From the human T2T-CHM13v2.0 reference genome, Homo sapiens, in the NCBI RefSeq assembly GCF_009914755.1, contig NC_060947.1: a stretch of 64,000 nucleotides of DNA, one strand, 5' to 3'. The position numbers and the translations under genes were made by a program. The notes beneath the pieces are model-generated. The model saw nothing but the letters and a program-made list of their open reading frames with translations, searched no databases and had not been told where the DNA came from. How positions within the stretch are numbered: the stretch's first letter is position 1; each line of letters starts with the position of its first letter. This document shows, in pieces, positions 1 through 14,169 of this stretch.

Positions 1-309
1 AGAGATATTCGGAAAACACAAAATCCTATGTTCATATAGTTTCTTACTACCCTTGATGAATTCAATTAATGTTCTTAAACCTCAGTTTTCTATTTGGATT
101 ATTTGCTTTAACTTAATAGCTTGTCTTTATTTTTCCCTCTACTATTCAAAAATTGTATACTTCTATCGATTTAATGATTAGTATAAAATTCTTAACACGC
201 ACAAGAAATTTTGCAAGTTTTCATTCTAAGCACTAAGAGAATCTTAAAATTGCTTTATTCATTATTGATTAATTACTTATTTTATGAATTAAACAAATAT
301 ATACTGTGT

Positions 310-500
310 ACCTAGTCACTGTTTTGGGTGTTGAGGACACAGCAGTGGGAAAAAAAGACAATTTTTTTTTGCATTGTTGGGTTGGAGCTCTACTTCTAGG
401 TAGGGAAATAAATACTCAAGAAGATAAAGAAGGAAAATATTGAGAACTTTCCTGGTCATGCACTTTATTGAGAAAAATAAATGAGGAAAGCATGGATAAA

Positions 501-534
<34 letters not shown>

Positions 535-900
535 TGTATGTGCACACATGAGAAAGATTCATTGAAAAAAACACTTTTGAGTAAAGAAGTTAAGGCAGAA
601 ACGAAAAGAGCCACATGGAGAAACGGGGGAGGATTATTTTAGGCAGAGGTAGCACACAATGCAATGGGTGCATGTCAGATCTGTGAAAGCAGCAGCAAAG
701 GGGTCAACATAGGTGGAGCAGAGGAAAGTATTAAGAGATAAGGCCTGAGTTAAGAAGTGGGCCAGCCAGGTCAGATATCCCTTGAAATTCATGAAGAGTT
801 TTGGATTTCACTTAAAAATAGATGGGAATTCATTGAAGGATTATGATCAGATTTAAATATGGTTTATATTTTTCAAATGTTGTCCCTGTGTATTGTGTAG
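310..900 (-). mobile_element. Degraded LINE-2 fragment, interrupted by a (GT)n tract
   Basis: L2-like motifs recognised by eye; boundaries approximate. Confidence 0.45.
503..532. repeat. (GT)15 microsatellite
   Basis: Direct reading. Confidence 0.95.
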
Positions 901-3297
901 AGATAGGCTAAAGAAAGCATGCGTAGATTTTTTTTTTTCTCTGAAAATTTGAAAGAACGGTGCTTCCACTGCATTTGAGGGGAAAAGAATAATTTTGTTT
1001 TAATCAAGTCACGAGGCTGGATGAAAACAGCAAGACATATATAGAATAAATAAAAATGGCAAGTGCCCAAGGACTGAGCACTGAGGCATTTCAGCATTAG
1101 AGAAGTAGGTACTACCTATGGAAACTGAGAAACAATACATAGAAAGGTAGCAGGTAAACTGGATGAAAAACTTAACCACCTTCTCATGTTTCATTGATGT
1201 CCAGCATTTTTCTGTTTTTTAATAGACACTTTCATACACGGTAAATGTTTATTTAAGACTTTTCCATTTTTTTACCATTTTCTTTGCACATCATTTTCTT
1301 TTGCAGCTTAAATCTTCCATCTTGTATCTTTCTCCTGCTTAAAGACCAATCTTGACGTCCTCTAAAGGGAATTTTATGCTAGTAAACGGTTTCTGTGTGT
1401 CTGAAAAGATCTTTATTTCAATGTTATTCCTGAAAGAGAGTTTCTATCAGTACACAATTCTAGGTTCCTACGTGGATGTTCTTTCATTGTTTTTGAAAAT
1501 ATTATTCTACCGTCTTCTGGCTTCTATCATTGCTCTAAAACCAGGTACCATTTTAAGTGTCACTACTTTCTAAGGAAATACAGCAGTATTTAAAATTATT
1601 TCTTTGCTTTTTTTGGATTCATCAGATTCATCGTCTCATAGTGATGATCTATACTTATATTTCTTTTTTTTAATAATCTTTTCTGCTTCAGATTTGCTCA
1701 GTTTCCCAATCGGAGTATTGGAATTTCTATTAAGTTTTGAAAATCCTAAGCTATTATCACTACAGATAATGCCTCTTCTCCATTGTGGGTAGGATTTATT
1801 TATTCCCCTTTACAGCTGAGGGAAGCCCTTGAAAATTCAGACTTTAAGGAGGGGTTTTATTTTCACCTCTATATTATGTGTTGTTGAAGGTCACATATTT
1901 TGTCCTAAAAGGTCTTGAAAACTTCTTCCTAGCCATTAGGCTCTCAATCCAGGTTCAGTTTCACGTAAGATGATTTGATCATTCATGGCACACAGAGGGA
2001 AGAGAGGTTCCACCATAGCCCAGCTGTGTATTTAAAACTTTTAAAAATTATATTTTATTCAGAATTTCCACGCATTTGAAGTGAGGGGGTGAGGAATTAA
2101 GTCAGTCTGTCATCTTTCTGGAAGCTGATACTCGCTGAACATGCCTCTACTTAACCATTAAACTGATTATGCTACACAACTAGACACTAGAACAAAAAAA
2201 CTCCGTACAAATATTTATAACCACTATGATCATCAACAATCTAGAAAAACATAAAATGTTAGCTAATTTCTTTTTTAATCCTTGTAATATGTTAATTACA
2301 AAATTGAGCTGAGAGGAGAAAAATTCTACAAACAGCTACATCCTGGTGCAACATTTCCCTTAACAACCATTATTAGTCTTTTGTATTTACAATTCCATTT
2401 GCTAAAGAACATTCTGTCTCTAAATAAGAAAATCATTTATCTTCCCAAATTCTCCAAGGATGTTGCACTGGCAGCTGACAATCTTTGTTGTTATTTCAAG
2501 GCAAAGAAGAAAATCTATGTGGCAATTATGCAAAGACAATATATTTCCCCTAATTTTATTCTCAAAATGAGTTGCTTTTATTACAAGATAGGAGACAATA
2601 TAAAAAATGTGTAGCAGACCATTAAATCTAGGCTCAGACATTATTTTACATAAGGTGGTGGCAAACAGTTCTGTTATTACTTTTCTTGTACATCTCTGCT
2701 TAAATTTAAGGAAATCCCAAACAACAGAAGAATAATGATACGGTGATGTTCTTCCCATTTTTTTCTAAAGAATATTCTTATTTCACCATCACTCAAATAA
2801 GAAACCTTTCATCAATCTGAAATCAAATTTCCCTTTTCTACTGCAACTGTCTAGATGTGAAAGTCTATAGAATCTAACCCCTTCATAGAAAGTCATAATC
2901 CCATTAGCATATCAAACGCACTAGAAAGTTATAGAGTAAGGAAAGTTTGCTTAATCTACTGTTTACCAAAATTGTTTAAACACTGAAACTTTTTTCCTTT
3001 TTTATTAATAACTCCCACCATGTTTTGGAAAGCAGTGAGTTCAAGTTTGGCGTCTTCCATTTCTCAGATGTATCCTTGGACAAATCTCTTAACCTCATTT
3101 ATGCTAATTTTTCTTACAGTAAAATGACAAAGAAAATGATACTTGAGAGGGTCATTACTGTGATCAAACTAGATGCATGTGAAAACTCTTTGTGAATGTA
3201 TAATACTATTCAGATTCAAACAACTTAAAAAAGTTAGTGGAAAAATATTCACAATATATAGGTGTTTATTTTACAAATTTATTCAATTAAGGACTAC

Positions 3298-4404
3298 TTT
3301 TTTTTCTTGAGGCGGGGTCTCAATCTGTTGCCCAGGCTGTAGTGCAGTGGTGTGATCCCTGCTGACTGTAACCTCTGTCTCCCAGTTTCAAGCAATTCTC
3401 ATGCCTCAGCCTCTGAGAAGCTTGGATTACAAGCAACTGCCAGCAAGCCTGGCTAATTTTATATATAAAACATATATAATACATATATATAACATATATA
3501 TATAACTTGTATATATATGTTATATATGGATGTATATATGTATATACATGTATATATAACATGTATTTATAACATTTATATATACATGTTATATATATAA
3601 CATGTGTATGTTATATATAAAACATGTTATATATAACGTGTATATGTTATATAACATGTTATATACATAACATGTGTATGTTATATATAAAACATTATAA
3701 AACAAACATGTTATATACATAACATATACATAACATGTTATATACATAACATATACATAATATGTATATATAACATATAACATGTTATATACATAACATG
3801 TATATATAACATGTATATACGTAGAACATGTGTATATAGGCATAACATGTATATATAAAACGTTATATATGTATAACATGTTATATATAACACGTGTATA
3901 TATGTATAACATGTTATATATAACGTGCATATATAACATGTTATATTCAACGTTATATGTGTATAACATGTTATATATAACATGTTATACATATAACGTG
4001 TATATATGTATGTTATATATAACGTGTATACGTGTATGTTATATATAACGTGTATATGTGTATAACATGTTATATATAACGTGTATATATAACGTTATAT
4101 ATAACGTGTATATATAACGTTATATATAACGTGTATATATAACGTTATATATAACGTGTGTATAACATGTTATATATAACGTGTGTATACGTACATGTTA
4201 TATATGTTATATGTAACATGTGCATACGTGTATAACATGTTATCTGTGTGTGTATAACATGTGTATATATGTATAGCATGTCATATATATACATGACATG
4301 TTATATATGTTAGCCAGGCTGATCTGGAACTCCTCCTCAAGTGATCCGCCCACCTCGGCCTCACAAAGAGCTGGGATTACAGTTGTGAGCCACCACGCCC
4401 AGCC
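3298..4404 (-). mobile_element. Alu split by an internal VNTR (right arm ~3298-3460, left arm ~4310-4404)
   Basis: Alu consensus in both arms; TSD-like aaggactacttt (3289-3300) and aaggactatttt (4405-4416). Confidence 0.9.
3461..4309. repeat. ~850-bp AT-rich tandem repeat of TATATA/ACATGT/ACGTGT units
   Basis: Direct reading. Confidence 0.95.
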
Positions 4405-4879
4405 AAGGACTATTTTAAATAACACATTTATTGCAGCATTTAATCTACAAACAAGGTTAATTTTCTATCAGCCTTCCAAGAGCATGTATATTTTGGAAAT
4501 GTGTACTTTAATTTTGTCAAAATATCCCATTACAATTACTCTGCTGTAGGACAAGCTATCCATTGCAATACAATATTGTAACCCTCTTCATATTCATCTT
4601 TTACCACCTCACTTTTATGTTCCAGAAGCTGTGTCTTTCCTTAGTATGCCTACTTCTAGAAGTAACCGTAAGAGAAACTGATGTTCTGAACGAGCAGTCT
4701 TAAACTCCGAATTTGCATACATAAGTATAGGGAATATAAAACATTTATAACAGAAACTACTACATTACATAACCAGATTATACATCAAAGTTCTACTAAA
4801 TATTCATTGTTCCTAAATGAAAGGATATCTAAATAAGTTATAGCACCTATGCAAAATTCTAGGTGAAAAATATTCCATT

Positions 4880-5500
4880 AGAAAAATATGTTCAAAGATA
4901 CTGATATGGAAATGAAATTGGTTGTGTTTAAGTATAGAAAAGAAACCTTTAGGCCTCTATGTTAGCAGAAGAGCAAAAAGGGAGACAAAGTGTGAGTAAC
5001 AGAAGTGATAGGAAGGGGCTACATCATATAGCGGATCACAGGATTTCATTTAAAGAGTAATGGGCAGGAGGGGCCTGATATGATCTCATTAACTCCTTAG
5101 AAGGAGCTCTCTGCCTTCACCAGGAGAAATATGGTGTAAGTGGGGAAAGACTGGAAGAAGAGGTTAGAGGTTGTTGAAGTAATCCAGATGAGAGATAATA
5201 ATCTTGTAGATTAGCACTTCCATAACAGATACGGAGGAGTGATTTGATGCATTTTGCAGGTATATCCAACAAGAGTGGAAATAATTTACATGGTAATGTA
5301 AGAGAAAAGAATCATGAAGGATGTCTAGGTTTCTGACTTAAGTAAATAATAGTGCAATTTAATAACATCTGGAGATGTTGGTAGATGCCAATTAACGTAG
5401 ATGGGGGGTGGATCATTTATTTTTCACTTGGCTATTGTATGTTTGAGATGCTCATTAGGCATCCAAGATAAGAGACTGTTGGATATAAAATGTTAAACAT
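4880..5500 (-). mobile_element. Degraded LINE-2 fragment
   Basis: L2-type motifs (gtaatccagatgagagataata, gtttgagatgctcattaggcatccaag). Confidence 0.5.
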
Positions 5501-6049
5501 CAAGATCATATACTTGGTATTTGATGTCATAACATGCTCAGCTCAAGTGGAAATGTATTTAGAAAATGGACATTTCTTTTTCTTCACTGAAGTGGGCTTT
5601 TTTTTGTATTTTTTTGCTGCTGTTCTTGGAAAGGTCATGTATGTATACATATTTCAGAGGTTTAGCACTTTTTTGCTATCTAGAAACATTATAATTGGTA
5701 ATAATTTACATAGAACACATTATGCACAAGCCTTATATTTGTTGCCATTATCTCGAATAAGTCTTGTTTTTATCTCCCTTTACATAGCATATGTAATATG
5801 CAGGATATGAATTAAGGATATGTAATTCATAGGATATGCAATAAGTCTTCTATTTGATTTCTCTCTCTTTACACAGGATCAGTCAAACACTGCATTCTCC
5901 TAGTATTCTGTGTTTTCCTTGGTGGCACTGACCAAATTTTAGGATTATAAGCTTTTTTAATAAATGTTCTTATTTACAGAGAAAACAATTTTATACAGCT
6001 TTACATCGCTGTCTCCTTCCTTCTAGTTTCATTTTATTTTACACAAATA

Positions 6050-6850
6050 TATTGCTTAGTAATTATTTTAGCAAAAATCTATAGACAAGAAATTCTTAGT
6101 TTTTGTTCAGGTGAAACTAGCTGTATGTCTGAGAATATTTTGCCTTAATTCTTGAATCATGTTTTACCTGGTATTTGAAAATGTGCCTAGCATTTTGAAG
6201 ATATTATTCAACTGTCTTCTAATATCTATTGTTGATGAAAAGTCTTCAGTCAATATTGTCATCCTGTAAATGTTCTTTTGTCTTAAGTAACCCTTAATGA
6301 TACCTTTTTGATTACTGATGCTCTGAGTTTCATTCAGAGCTAGCTGGTAGACTTGTTTTTATTTTTTCCACGTTGGTTGACCTTTATTGAATTTGAGGAT
6401 TCATTAAAATTTACATTTATTCCATTTTATTAAATTTCATTAATATGAAATATTGTCTCTTCCCCATAATCCCTATTTTTTTCAACTTGAAACTTATTTC
6501 ACGCAGATGTTTGAGGGATTAATTATATTTTCATTTCCAGACTTTGTTTTTTCAAATCTTCGTTTTCACTTTATATAATGGCCTATTCTTACTGGAAAAA
6601 AATCCATTTAATTTTTATTTTTGAACATTAAAAATTACTTAATATCCTTTGGTGATTATCCTCTTATCTCTATTTTCTTCAGGTATACATTCTCCTTTTA
6701 ACGTTTGGCATCTGATAACATTGCTTATAATTTTTTTCCACAATAATCATAATTTTAGTTTGTAAGCTTATGTTCCTTAGCAGTTTCACATGACCCTTGG
6801 GGGTTGTAGTGGTATCTTCATTGTATAATTTTGTGTTTGCAAATGCCTGG
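6050..6850 (-). mobile_element. Old L1M fragment
   Basis: T-rich antisense L1M-like text (tgtctgagaatattttgcc, gatgaaaagtcttcagtc). Confidence 0.4.
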
Positions 6851-7179
6851 GCTCTCTGAGGTTATTTTCCAAATGCTACAATGATGTGAGGGGCAGTTTA
6901 GGGAAAATCATGCCCTTTCTTGGCAGTCATCAGATTTGTGTGATATTTCCTGTGTTTATTCTGTGAATCTAGAGAAAAGTATCTGCTTATATATTATAGA
7001 ATTAAATTTGAAATTTTCACTGAACGAGATATCTGTTGTTAACATTTTAAACAAATGCTGCGTACTTAATTCTCTTAATGACTTATGAAAATATTTTAAA
7101 AATTAAAGATTATGTCTATTTTCCAATGTTAATATATATACAGAAAGGAGACGAAGAAAACTTTCATGCATTGAGCCTG

Positions 7180-7360
7180 CATAACGCAGCAGGTGTTTGA
7201 CAAATATTACCTTATTTAATCCTCAGAAACATCCTTATCTCTATTGTACAGATGAAGTAAATGAGACTCAGTTTATCCCTGATCATACAGCACTCAAAGT
7301 CACTGGGATTCATATTCAAGGCTGTTTATCCAAGAGTTAATTTTACTAGACCACACTGCT
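7180..7360 (-). mobile_element. MIR
   Basis: atttaatcctcagaaac...tacagatgaagtaaatgagactcag core. Confidence 0.6.
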
Positions 7361-10188
7361 GTGATAGTACATCCTATAGAACTATCCCTTTTCCTCAGTT
7401 TACAGTCCGTGCTTGGTCTTAACTGAGGAACCTAGTTTCTAAACCAACAGGAAATATATTAGAAATGATTGGAATTCCTAATTAAGGCAGGAGTTCTCTC
7501 ATTTTGAATATCTGGTAAAATTTTTACCTGCGTCCTCCCAGTCTCATGCCTCTTTCTTTATCATCTCCAGGTTTGCCCTGAGGACCACAATTTGCAGATA
7601 CCCTCTACTATGCTTTGGTCTGCATTCCTGTGTGGCTGGGCGCTGCCTCATGATTGTTCCCTCAAAGTCTCAGTCCTTTTCTGAGCTTTATTACTACCAT
7701 ATATAGCTCTGACATGGACAGAGTCCCCTAAATGCCTTAATTTTACAGTGGTTAGCACTTCTCTGAGTCTTTATCTGTGAGATAAGGAAAATTAATTTTT
7801 CATTTTAAACTCACTCAGCTCTCACATACTAAGCATTTTAAGAGTACCGCTTACTATTTCAACATGTTGCTGTAAAGACATGAAAGATGAACTTTAAGCC
7901 TACAGTTTATATCTAGAAAAACAAAAAGGGACAGTTAGGAAAAGTAAAAATCAAACAATTAGAGAAGGAGAATATAGGGGGAGGTAAGAAATTCTGAAGC
8001 TATGGCATATGCTGCATCAGAGCCATTGTAAGGTTATATCAAATACTACTTTTCATTAAGCTGTTACTGTGACTATCACAAATGACTCTAGGGCGTAAGA
8101 ATTGGGAAAGATAACTCTAATCAGTGGCCACAGTGAAATTAGTTTTAAAATGCATTGACAATTGGTCAAGTATAAAGATGTATCTTGAATATTTCTACAC
8201 CCACCTGTCTATCTATCTACCTACCAACCTATATACCTACTTATCATCTATCAATTATCCCTCAGTTCTAATTAAAATACGATGCCAAATATAACTGCAA
8301 TATTAAATTGATTATTCTTCATACAGATTGTGATTACTTTATTATCATGGATAATTAAGAGTTAACACAAAAATAGCCCCCTTCACATTCTGAATTTTGG
8401 ATCTTTAATATATAAAACTTAAGAATAAATCGTTTATGAGGAAAATATATCCCAGAATTTTACTACAATTTTTTAAAAATATATACTGGTTCACACATGC
8501 TTCCTTTATTTCACCAGTCATTATTACGTTGTACAAATATTTGTTGAGAGCCTACTATGAATAGGGACATAATGGCATTTTAAGTAAGTGGTTTATGGAG
8601 ATTTTTGATCCTGTGCCTATTTAGCCATAAAGCATTAGCAACTTGATTAGTTTGTAACGAATTTTAAACCTGCATATTGGGTGTGTCAAGACCTGGGGAA
8701 AATTGGAATGGAGAAATGAGTTAGTAGTCAGATAATTCAAAGCAAAGGACTCCCCCTTGAATGATCTATTAAATTGAGGTGAAACTATTTTATTAGAATT
8801 TTCTTTTTGATTGCCTTAATCTTTCGCTTCATTTTGCATCTGCAGACACAGGCTTGCTGGTTAGTGTAAGGTTATTTATGACACATTACATTCATAACAT
8901 CTAATATGAAGGATAATAGGCTGAAACATTCAGCCAGGTGGAATTAGACTTCACATGCAATACAGTTTCGCTATTTCTCGTATTCTTCCAATTGCTCAGA
9001 ATAATTCACCTGCTATTAAACTTTAGGGTATTAGATTTAACAGAAAACAGTGTATTTATTAATTTTCTTGAAGTATTAAAAGAAGTCACAATAATATGCA
9101 ACATACTTCCCTTATATGCTTATAAAATTAAGTTATGGTAACTGCTTTTGACATTTTAAAAATATACACCAAATTAAATGGAACTGACACTATCACAGAA
9201 GAAGTTCCCAAGAAGTCTCATACATGGGCTGAACCCTATGCAGTTATTATTTACATAGGGCAAAATGGTTGAGTATCTGTTTGATTCATATAATTCAACC
9301 TAACTTAACTATAAAGACTTAGTTTCCAGATTTTGACATCCTGGTTTTGTGAGGAGTACTTTCTTCTATAATTACAGATGATGATCATTCCTCTTCATCT
9401 TACAAGTGTTAATAATAGGAACAAAAATGTACCTGTCAGAAAACCTCTATGGTTTATACCTACTACAAATAAAGAAGTGAGACCAAGCTAACAATTCTGA
9501 ATCGCCTTTTTAAAGAGAGAACCATACACTTTCCATTCAGTTGTTTGAAAGAAGAGCAGTCACTCCTTTTTGTTTTGGCTGGTAACATTTCAGTAATAAC
9601 ATTATCTGATATTGTTCAATCTGCAATCAATTAGCAACCATCTTACTAGGCATCCAGTTCTTTTATGGGCACTGTAACCCATTAAGTAGTTAAACCAGGT
9701 GTGAGGATTAAGCTATTATTCTTCAAGTCAATGAGATAATGGCTTATGCAGGTTGACATAAGATGTACCATGAAATATTTATTATTTATCATGTATACAT
9801 TAAGAAAGTAAAATCAGCATGGGATGATCTCAGGAAAGCAATACATATTTTTTGGATTAGACATTGAAGTAAAGTGAATGTATGATAAATTGACAAATTA
9901 ACATTGCCAATGTTATGAAAAATGATGTAGCAAAAAAAATTAAGATGTATTTTCATTTTTGATAAGGGGTTTTCCCTGTTATCTGTTAATTTCTTGTGTC
10001 TTTAATTGGCAAAATTAAGCACTAGTGTTACAGAAGCCCAAAGTGAGGGAAACCACTCACTTTCAGAATGTACATTAGAAGTTTAAAACTGTACCCAGAT
10101 TTTTTGTCTCTTTTTTTTTTATTAGTAGGCCTCTGTTAATAGAGTAGTAGTTGCAAACACATACGTGGGTTTGCCAGTAACAACTCAC

Positions 10189-10371
10189 AATTTGTGCAAA
10201 GTTGAGTCTTCGAAACTGAGCAAATTTGCTCTCAATTTCCCGCCAGCGCTTGCTGAGCTGGATCTGAGTTGGCTCCACTGCCATTGCGGCCCCATCCTCA
10301 GACAAGCCCTCAGCTTGCCTACGCACTGCATTCAGCTCCTCTTTCTTCTTCTGCAATTCCCGATCAATTTC
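10189..10371 (-). CDS. DMD: Dystrophin exon 41 (183 nt; EIDRELQKKKEELNAVRRQAEG...RRLNFAQI)
   Basis: ORF 10075..10356; caatag|GAAATT and CAAATT|gtgagt. Confidence 0.98.
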
Positions 10372-11222
10372 CTATTGAGCAAAACCAATACAGGGCCCAG
10401 GGCAGTTAGCTAACCACATCAACCGACTTGCAAGCAGCAAATACTTCTCTCAAAATTTCAAAGGCTGTTGTCCCTTTATTGTCATCCTTTGAAGTTTACA
10501 AATATGAAAGGCATGACTGTCATCCTCGCTCAATAACCCAAATATTATTTCAGTTATCCTTTGAATGCTTGGTTTTAGATATTCTAATTAAGTAAATATT
10601 GAAATTGGTCTAACATTTTCTTTCTTCTAAATTCCTCTGGTGTCTTGGGATTTGAAACAATTTGGAGTGATAACTCATTATTTATTAGGGACCGTCCACA
10701 TAGAATATAATTTAGAGGGTAAGTGAATAAGTTATTTATTTCCTTTTTAAAGGTTTGAGGAACTCAACAGAGAATGAAGCAAAATAAAAAGTGTAAAATA
10801 ATAACAGAAAAAAACATATTTAGACAATATGCAAATAAATCTATAGAGAGTGAACACTGATGTGTGAAGATGCTCTGATGAAATGAATGGGCTAACATGA
10901 GTAAGAAGTCGTCCATATACCGATAAGTCATTAGTTCATCTGGAACAAAGATACACAAAGTCAATTACAATTTTACCAGAAAACACATCACATTTCTTAA
11001 ATCACTTTACATAGTCTAAAACATTTTATTCATTCAACATTACGTCAATTGAATAACACTTAATACAATACATTTACTGAAAACAACACACAATACAAGG
11101 AAATGCATCAAATCAAAGAGAACGTTAATAGAAACAAGAACATCAACATTTTAAATATGATCTTCACAGGTTAATTAAACTGTATAATAAAATCTGGTAT
11201 TGACATTCTAAAACAACATTAC

Positions 11223-11375
11223 CTTTATTTTCCTTTCATCTCTGGGCTCAGGTAGGCTGGCTAATTTTTTTTCAATGTCATCCAAGCATTTCAGGAGATC
11301 ATCAGCCTGCCTCTTGTACTGATACCACTGATGAGAAATTTCTAGAGCCTTTTTTCTTCTTTGAGACCTCAAATC
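11223..11375 (-). CDS. DMD: Dystrophin exon 40 (153 nt; DLRSQRRKKALEISHQWYQYKRQADD...DERKIK)
   Basis: Manual translation; gaacag|GATTTG and ATAAAG|gtaatg. Confidence 0.97.
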
Positions 11376-14031
11376 CTGTTCATGGTGCAGACATTATTAA
11401 AATATCAATATATATGTATAGTGCACTTCTGGCTGCAGTTATTTATCAAAATAATTTGCGTCCCTCATCTTTTTGTACAACTTAGGTTAAAATCATATTT
11501 AAATGCAAAATATACAAAGACATAATTAAATTGCCTATGCATGAGGCGGGACCCATGTATAGGAAGCTAAGAAACCTGAATAACACACTTAAAGTATTTT
11601 CTCTTAGCATGTTCAAACTTGCTTAAAAATTTTGTCACATTCAATTGACTCTTAATGAGCTAACTGTTGTGTAGTTTATGTGCAAGAGTTTAATATACGA
11701 ATACAATTGACTTAACTAGATACAAACTCACAAACCTAGTGAGTTTGTATCTGACTTAAAATAGGTAAAATTCTAAAATGTATATCTTTAGCCTTGGGGC
11801 TCATCAACAAAACTTTATGTACTCAACCAATATACATTCATGTTTTTAGAAATGCCTACATAAGAGTTTCATAGGCCATTAATATTTTATGATTAGAAAT
11901 ATAAAGCCATTTTAGTTGTCTTATAAACTGTTCCAAGCTGTATGTGTAGAAGTGTCACCACTGTTCGTATATTGGTGAACATAACTAATAAAAAATTATG
12001 TGAGATAAATGCTTCTCCTTCCAAGGCTTGCATAGCCACATTTATCTTACTATACCAAATCATGCTCTAAATGCAAAACAATTAACTATTTGAAAAAAGA
12101 AAACAGCAAGTGCATGCTTTCAAATCAATGTGATAAGACTAATTTAATAAATCAACAATGGGAGGAAATCAGTCATCATGCTCTTTACAAGCACACTCAA
12201 TATCTTCTGTGATTAATAGAATTACTCAAAATGCCATTTTATAATTCATGGGAACATAAGCTCTGCATGCAGCTTTCATTTCTACAGAAAGTAGCAATTA
12301 GGGTTTTATTCACAGGTTTAATTCGAGCGAAAAAATAATAAATATCAGGGAATTTCTAAAAATTTCATTCCATTGGAAAATTTTGACCTTCTCTAAAATA
12401 TTTCATAAGGACCAGAATTGGAACTATTTGACAGGTTTAAAAAGTTATTGAATATGTTGGTATAGATTGGTTTGGCGAGTAGTGTTGACGATTTTGATTA
12501 ATCACTTATAGCCTGTATTTGCAAGAATGAACTACATTTCATTATCTAGTTTGTTTAAAATTGGGAATTTAAACCTTGCTGTACTTTATGTTTTATGTTG
12601 AATTTTCAAACCTTCTGAGGAGTCAGATCGAACGCTGCTTTTTTCAAAGGTAGCAAGATACAGCCACGTGAATTAGAGTTGAGCCATGCCTTATTTGTGA
12701 CATAACTCACATCTTTGCCAGGAGAAAGGGCTTGGTGGTCATCAATCTGAAACATCTTTCATTTCCTAAGCACAAAGTGATGTATAATATGTAAAATATT
12801 TAGAGATGTCATGTAGATTTCTTTAGAGGAATGCCAGATGACCATTAAACACTGCTATTCAGTAGGACACACACCATCATACGACCAGTGTAGATACTTC
12901 TGAAAGCTTGCTCACAGTTGGAAGGGTGTGAGTTACATAGCGTTCCGATTTTCTAGACACATTATGGTGTGCTTTTGCACTCCCTCGAGGAAGAGGCCTT
13001 TTCTGTTTACTATATTTATCAGCAGTTACCTTCAGAACACCTGCTGGCCAATTAGACTTTCCTTGTGGATTCCTTGCAGGCACAATATTGTGTAATTACA
13101 TTCTCAGCAGTGTTTATTTGGTTGACTATAGGGGGAAAGGTTTTATTCTCTTATTTGCATGTAGAAAGCAGACTCCATCTACCTGCTAGGTGGATCCACC
13201 TTCATAACTACATAGCTCAAAAGAGTGATTTACAAGGAAAAGCTCAGCAATTAAAAGTATTAGAAAATCAGCCATGCATGCAAATAGTGATTATTGCAAA
13301 GCATATACAAAAAAAAAGTTTCACAAAACTTTCCACATGTCTAGTCTCAAGAACTTCCTAGATATTATTATAGAAAAATTAAGTTTATCCTGCTCTTCCT
13401 GCACAAACCAGATGAGTCACCTGGGGACTTGAAGCCATACACTACACTGCTTAATATGAAAGTAGCAGTTCTTATTCAAGGGCACTAAGATTATTTTTTA
13501 GGATTCCTACATAAATGAAATTTGACTTTGTAGATAGTTGCAAAGAGTGACTTTCTTAAAGGCATAATAAAGTTTTAAAAATAAATAAAAGAATCTAGGG
13601 CTTATTAAACAAGTATCAGGTTACCAAAAAATTGGACCTAATGCAAGCAAAATCAATTAAGTAAAGAAAGCAGGAATAATGGATACATGTAGATCGGTTA
13701 TTCTGGCAGTTAGGCAGGTTTTTTTCAATATAAAGTAGCTGATAAAAATAAAGCACATTAGAAAATTAAATGTATAAGTACTATGAATGCATTCCCATCT
13801 TTCAATTACTACTTAGAAAAATATGTCTTTAAAAAGCCATAACTTTTAAGCAACACATCGTTCAAAATCAAATACCACTCAAAAATGTTAAATAAAGCAT
13901 ACACATTGAACAGAAAAAGTGAGTTTCTGATGACTAAGTCTGAAGCAGATTTTATTAATGCACATTATATTTTACCCTATATATTAAAAAAAAACCACAG
14001 GCAAGGTATATTATAATTTTAGCTCTAATAC

Positions 14032-14169
14032 CTTGAGAGCATTATGTTTTGTCTGTAACAGCTGCTGTTTTATCTTTATTTCCTCTCGCTTTCTCTCATC
14101 TGTGATTCTTTGTTGTAAGTTGTCTCCTCTTTGCAACAATTCTTTTACAGTACCCTCATTGTCTTCATT
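14032..14169 (-). CDS. DMD: Dystrophin exon 39 (138 nt; NEDNEGTVKELLQRGDNLQQ...KHNALK)
   Basis: ORF 14011..14223; gatcag|AATGAA and CTCAAG|gtatta. Confidence 0.98.

Noticed and set aside
3461-4309. Array resembling a CRISPR repeat-spacer locus
   Set aside because: Low-complexity tandem repeat without unique spacers, in human DNA.
3320-4549. Several Y/I/C/M-rich ORFs
   Set aside because: Translations of the AT-rich VNTR and the Alu arms.
10165-10413. Plus-strand ORFs over exons (also 16228, 30763, 48557, 54201, 57573)
   Set aside because: Antisense shadows of dystrophin coding exons; no independent gene structure.
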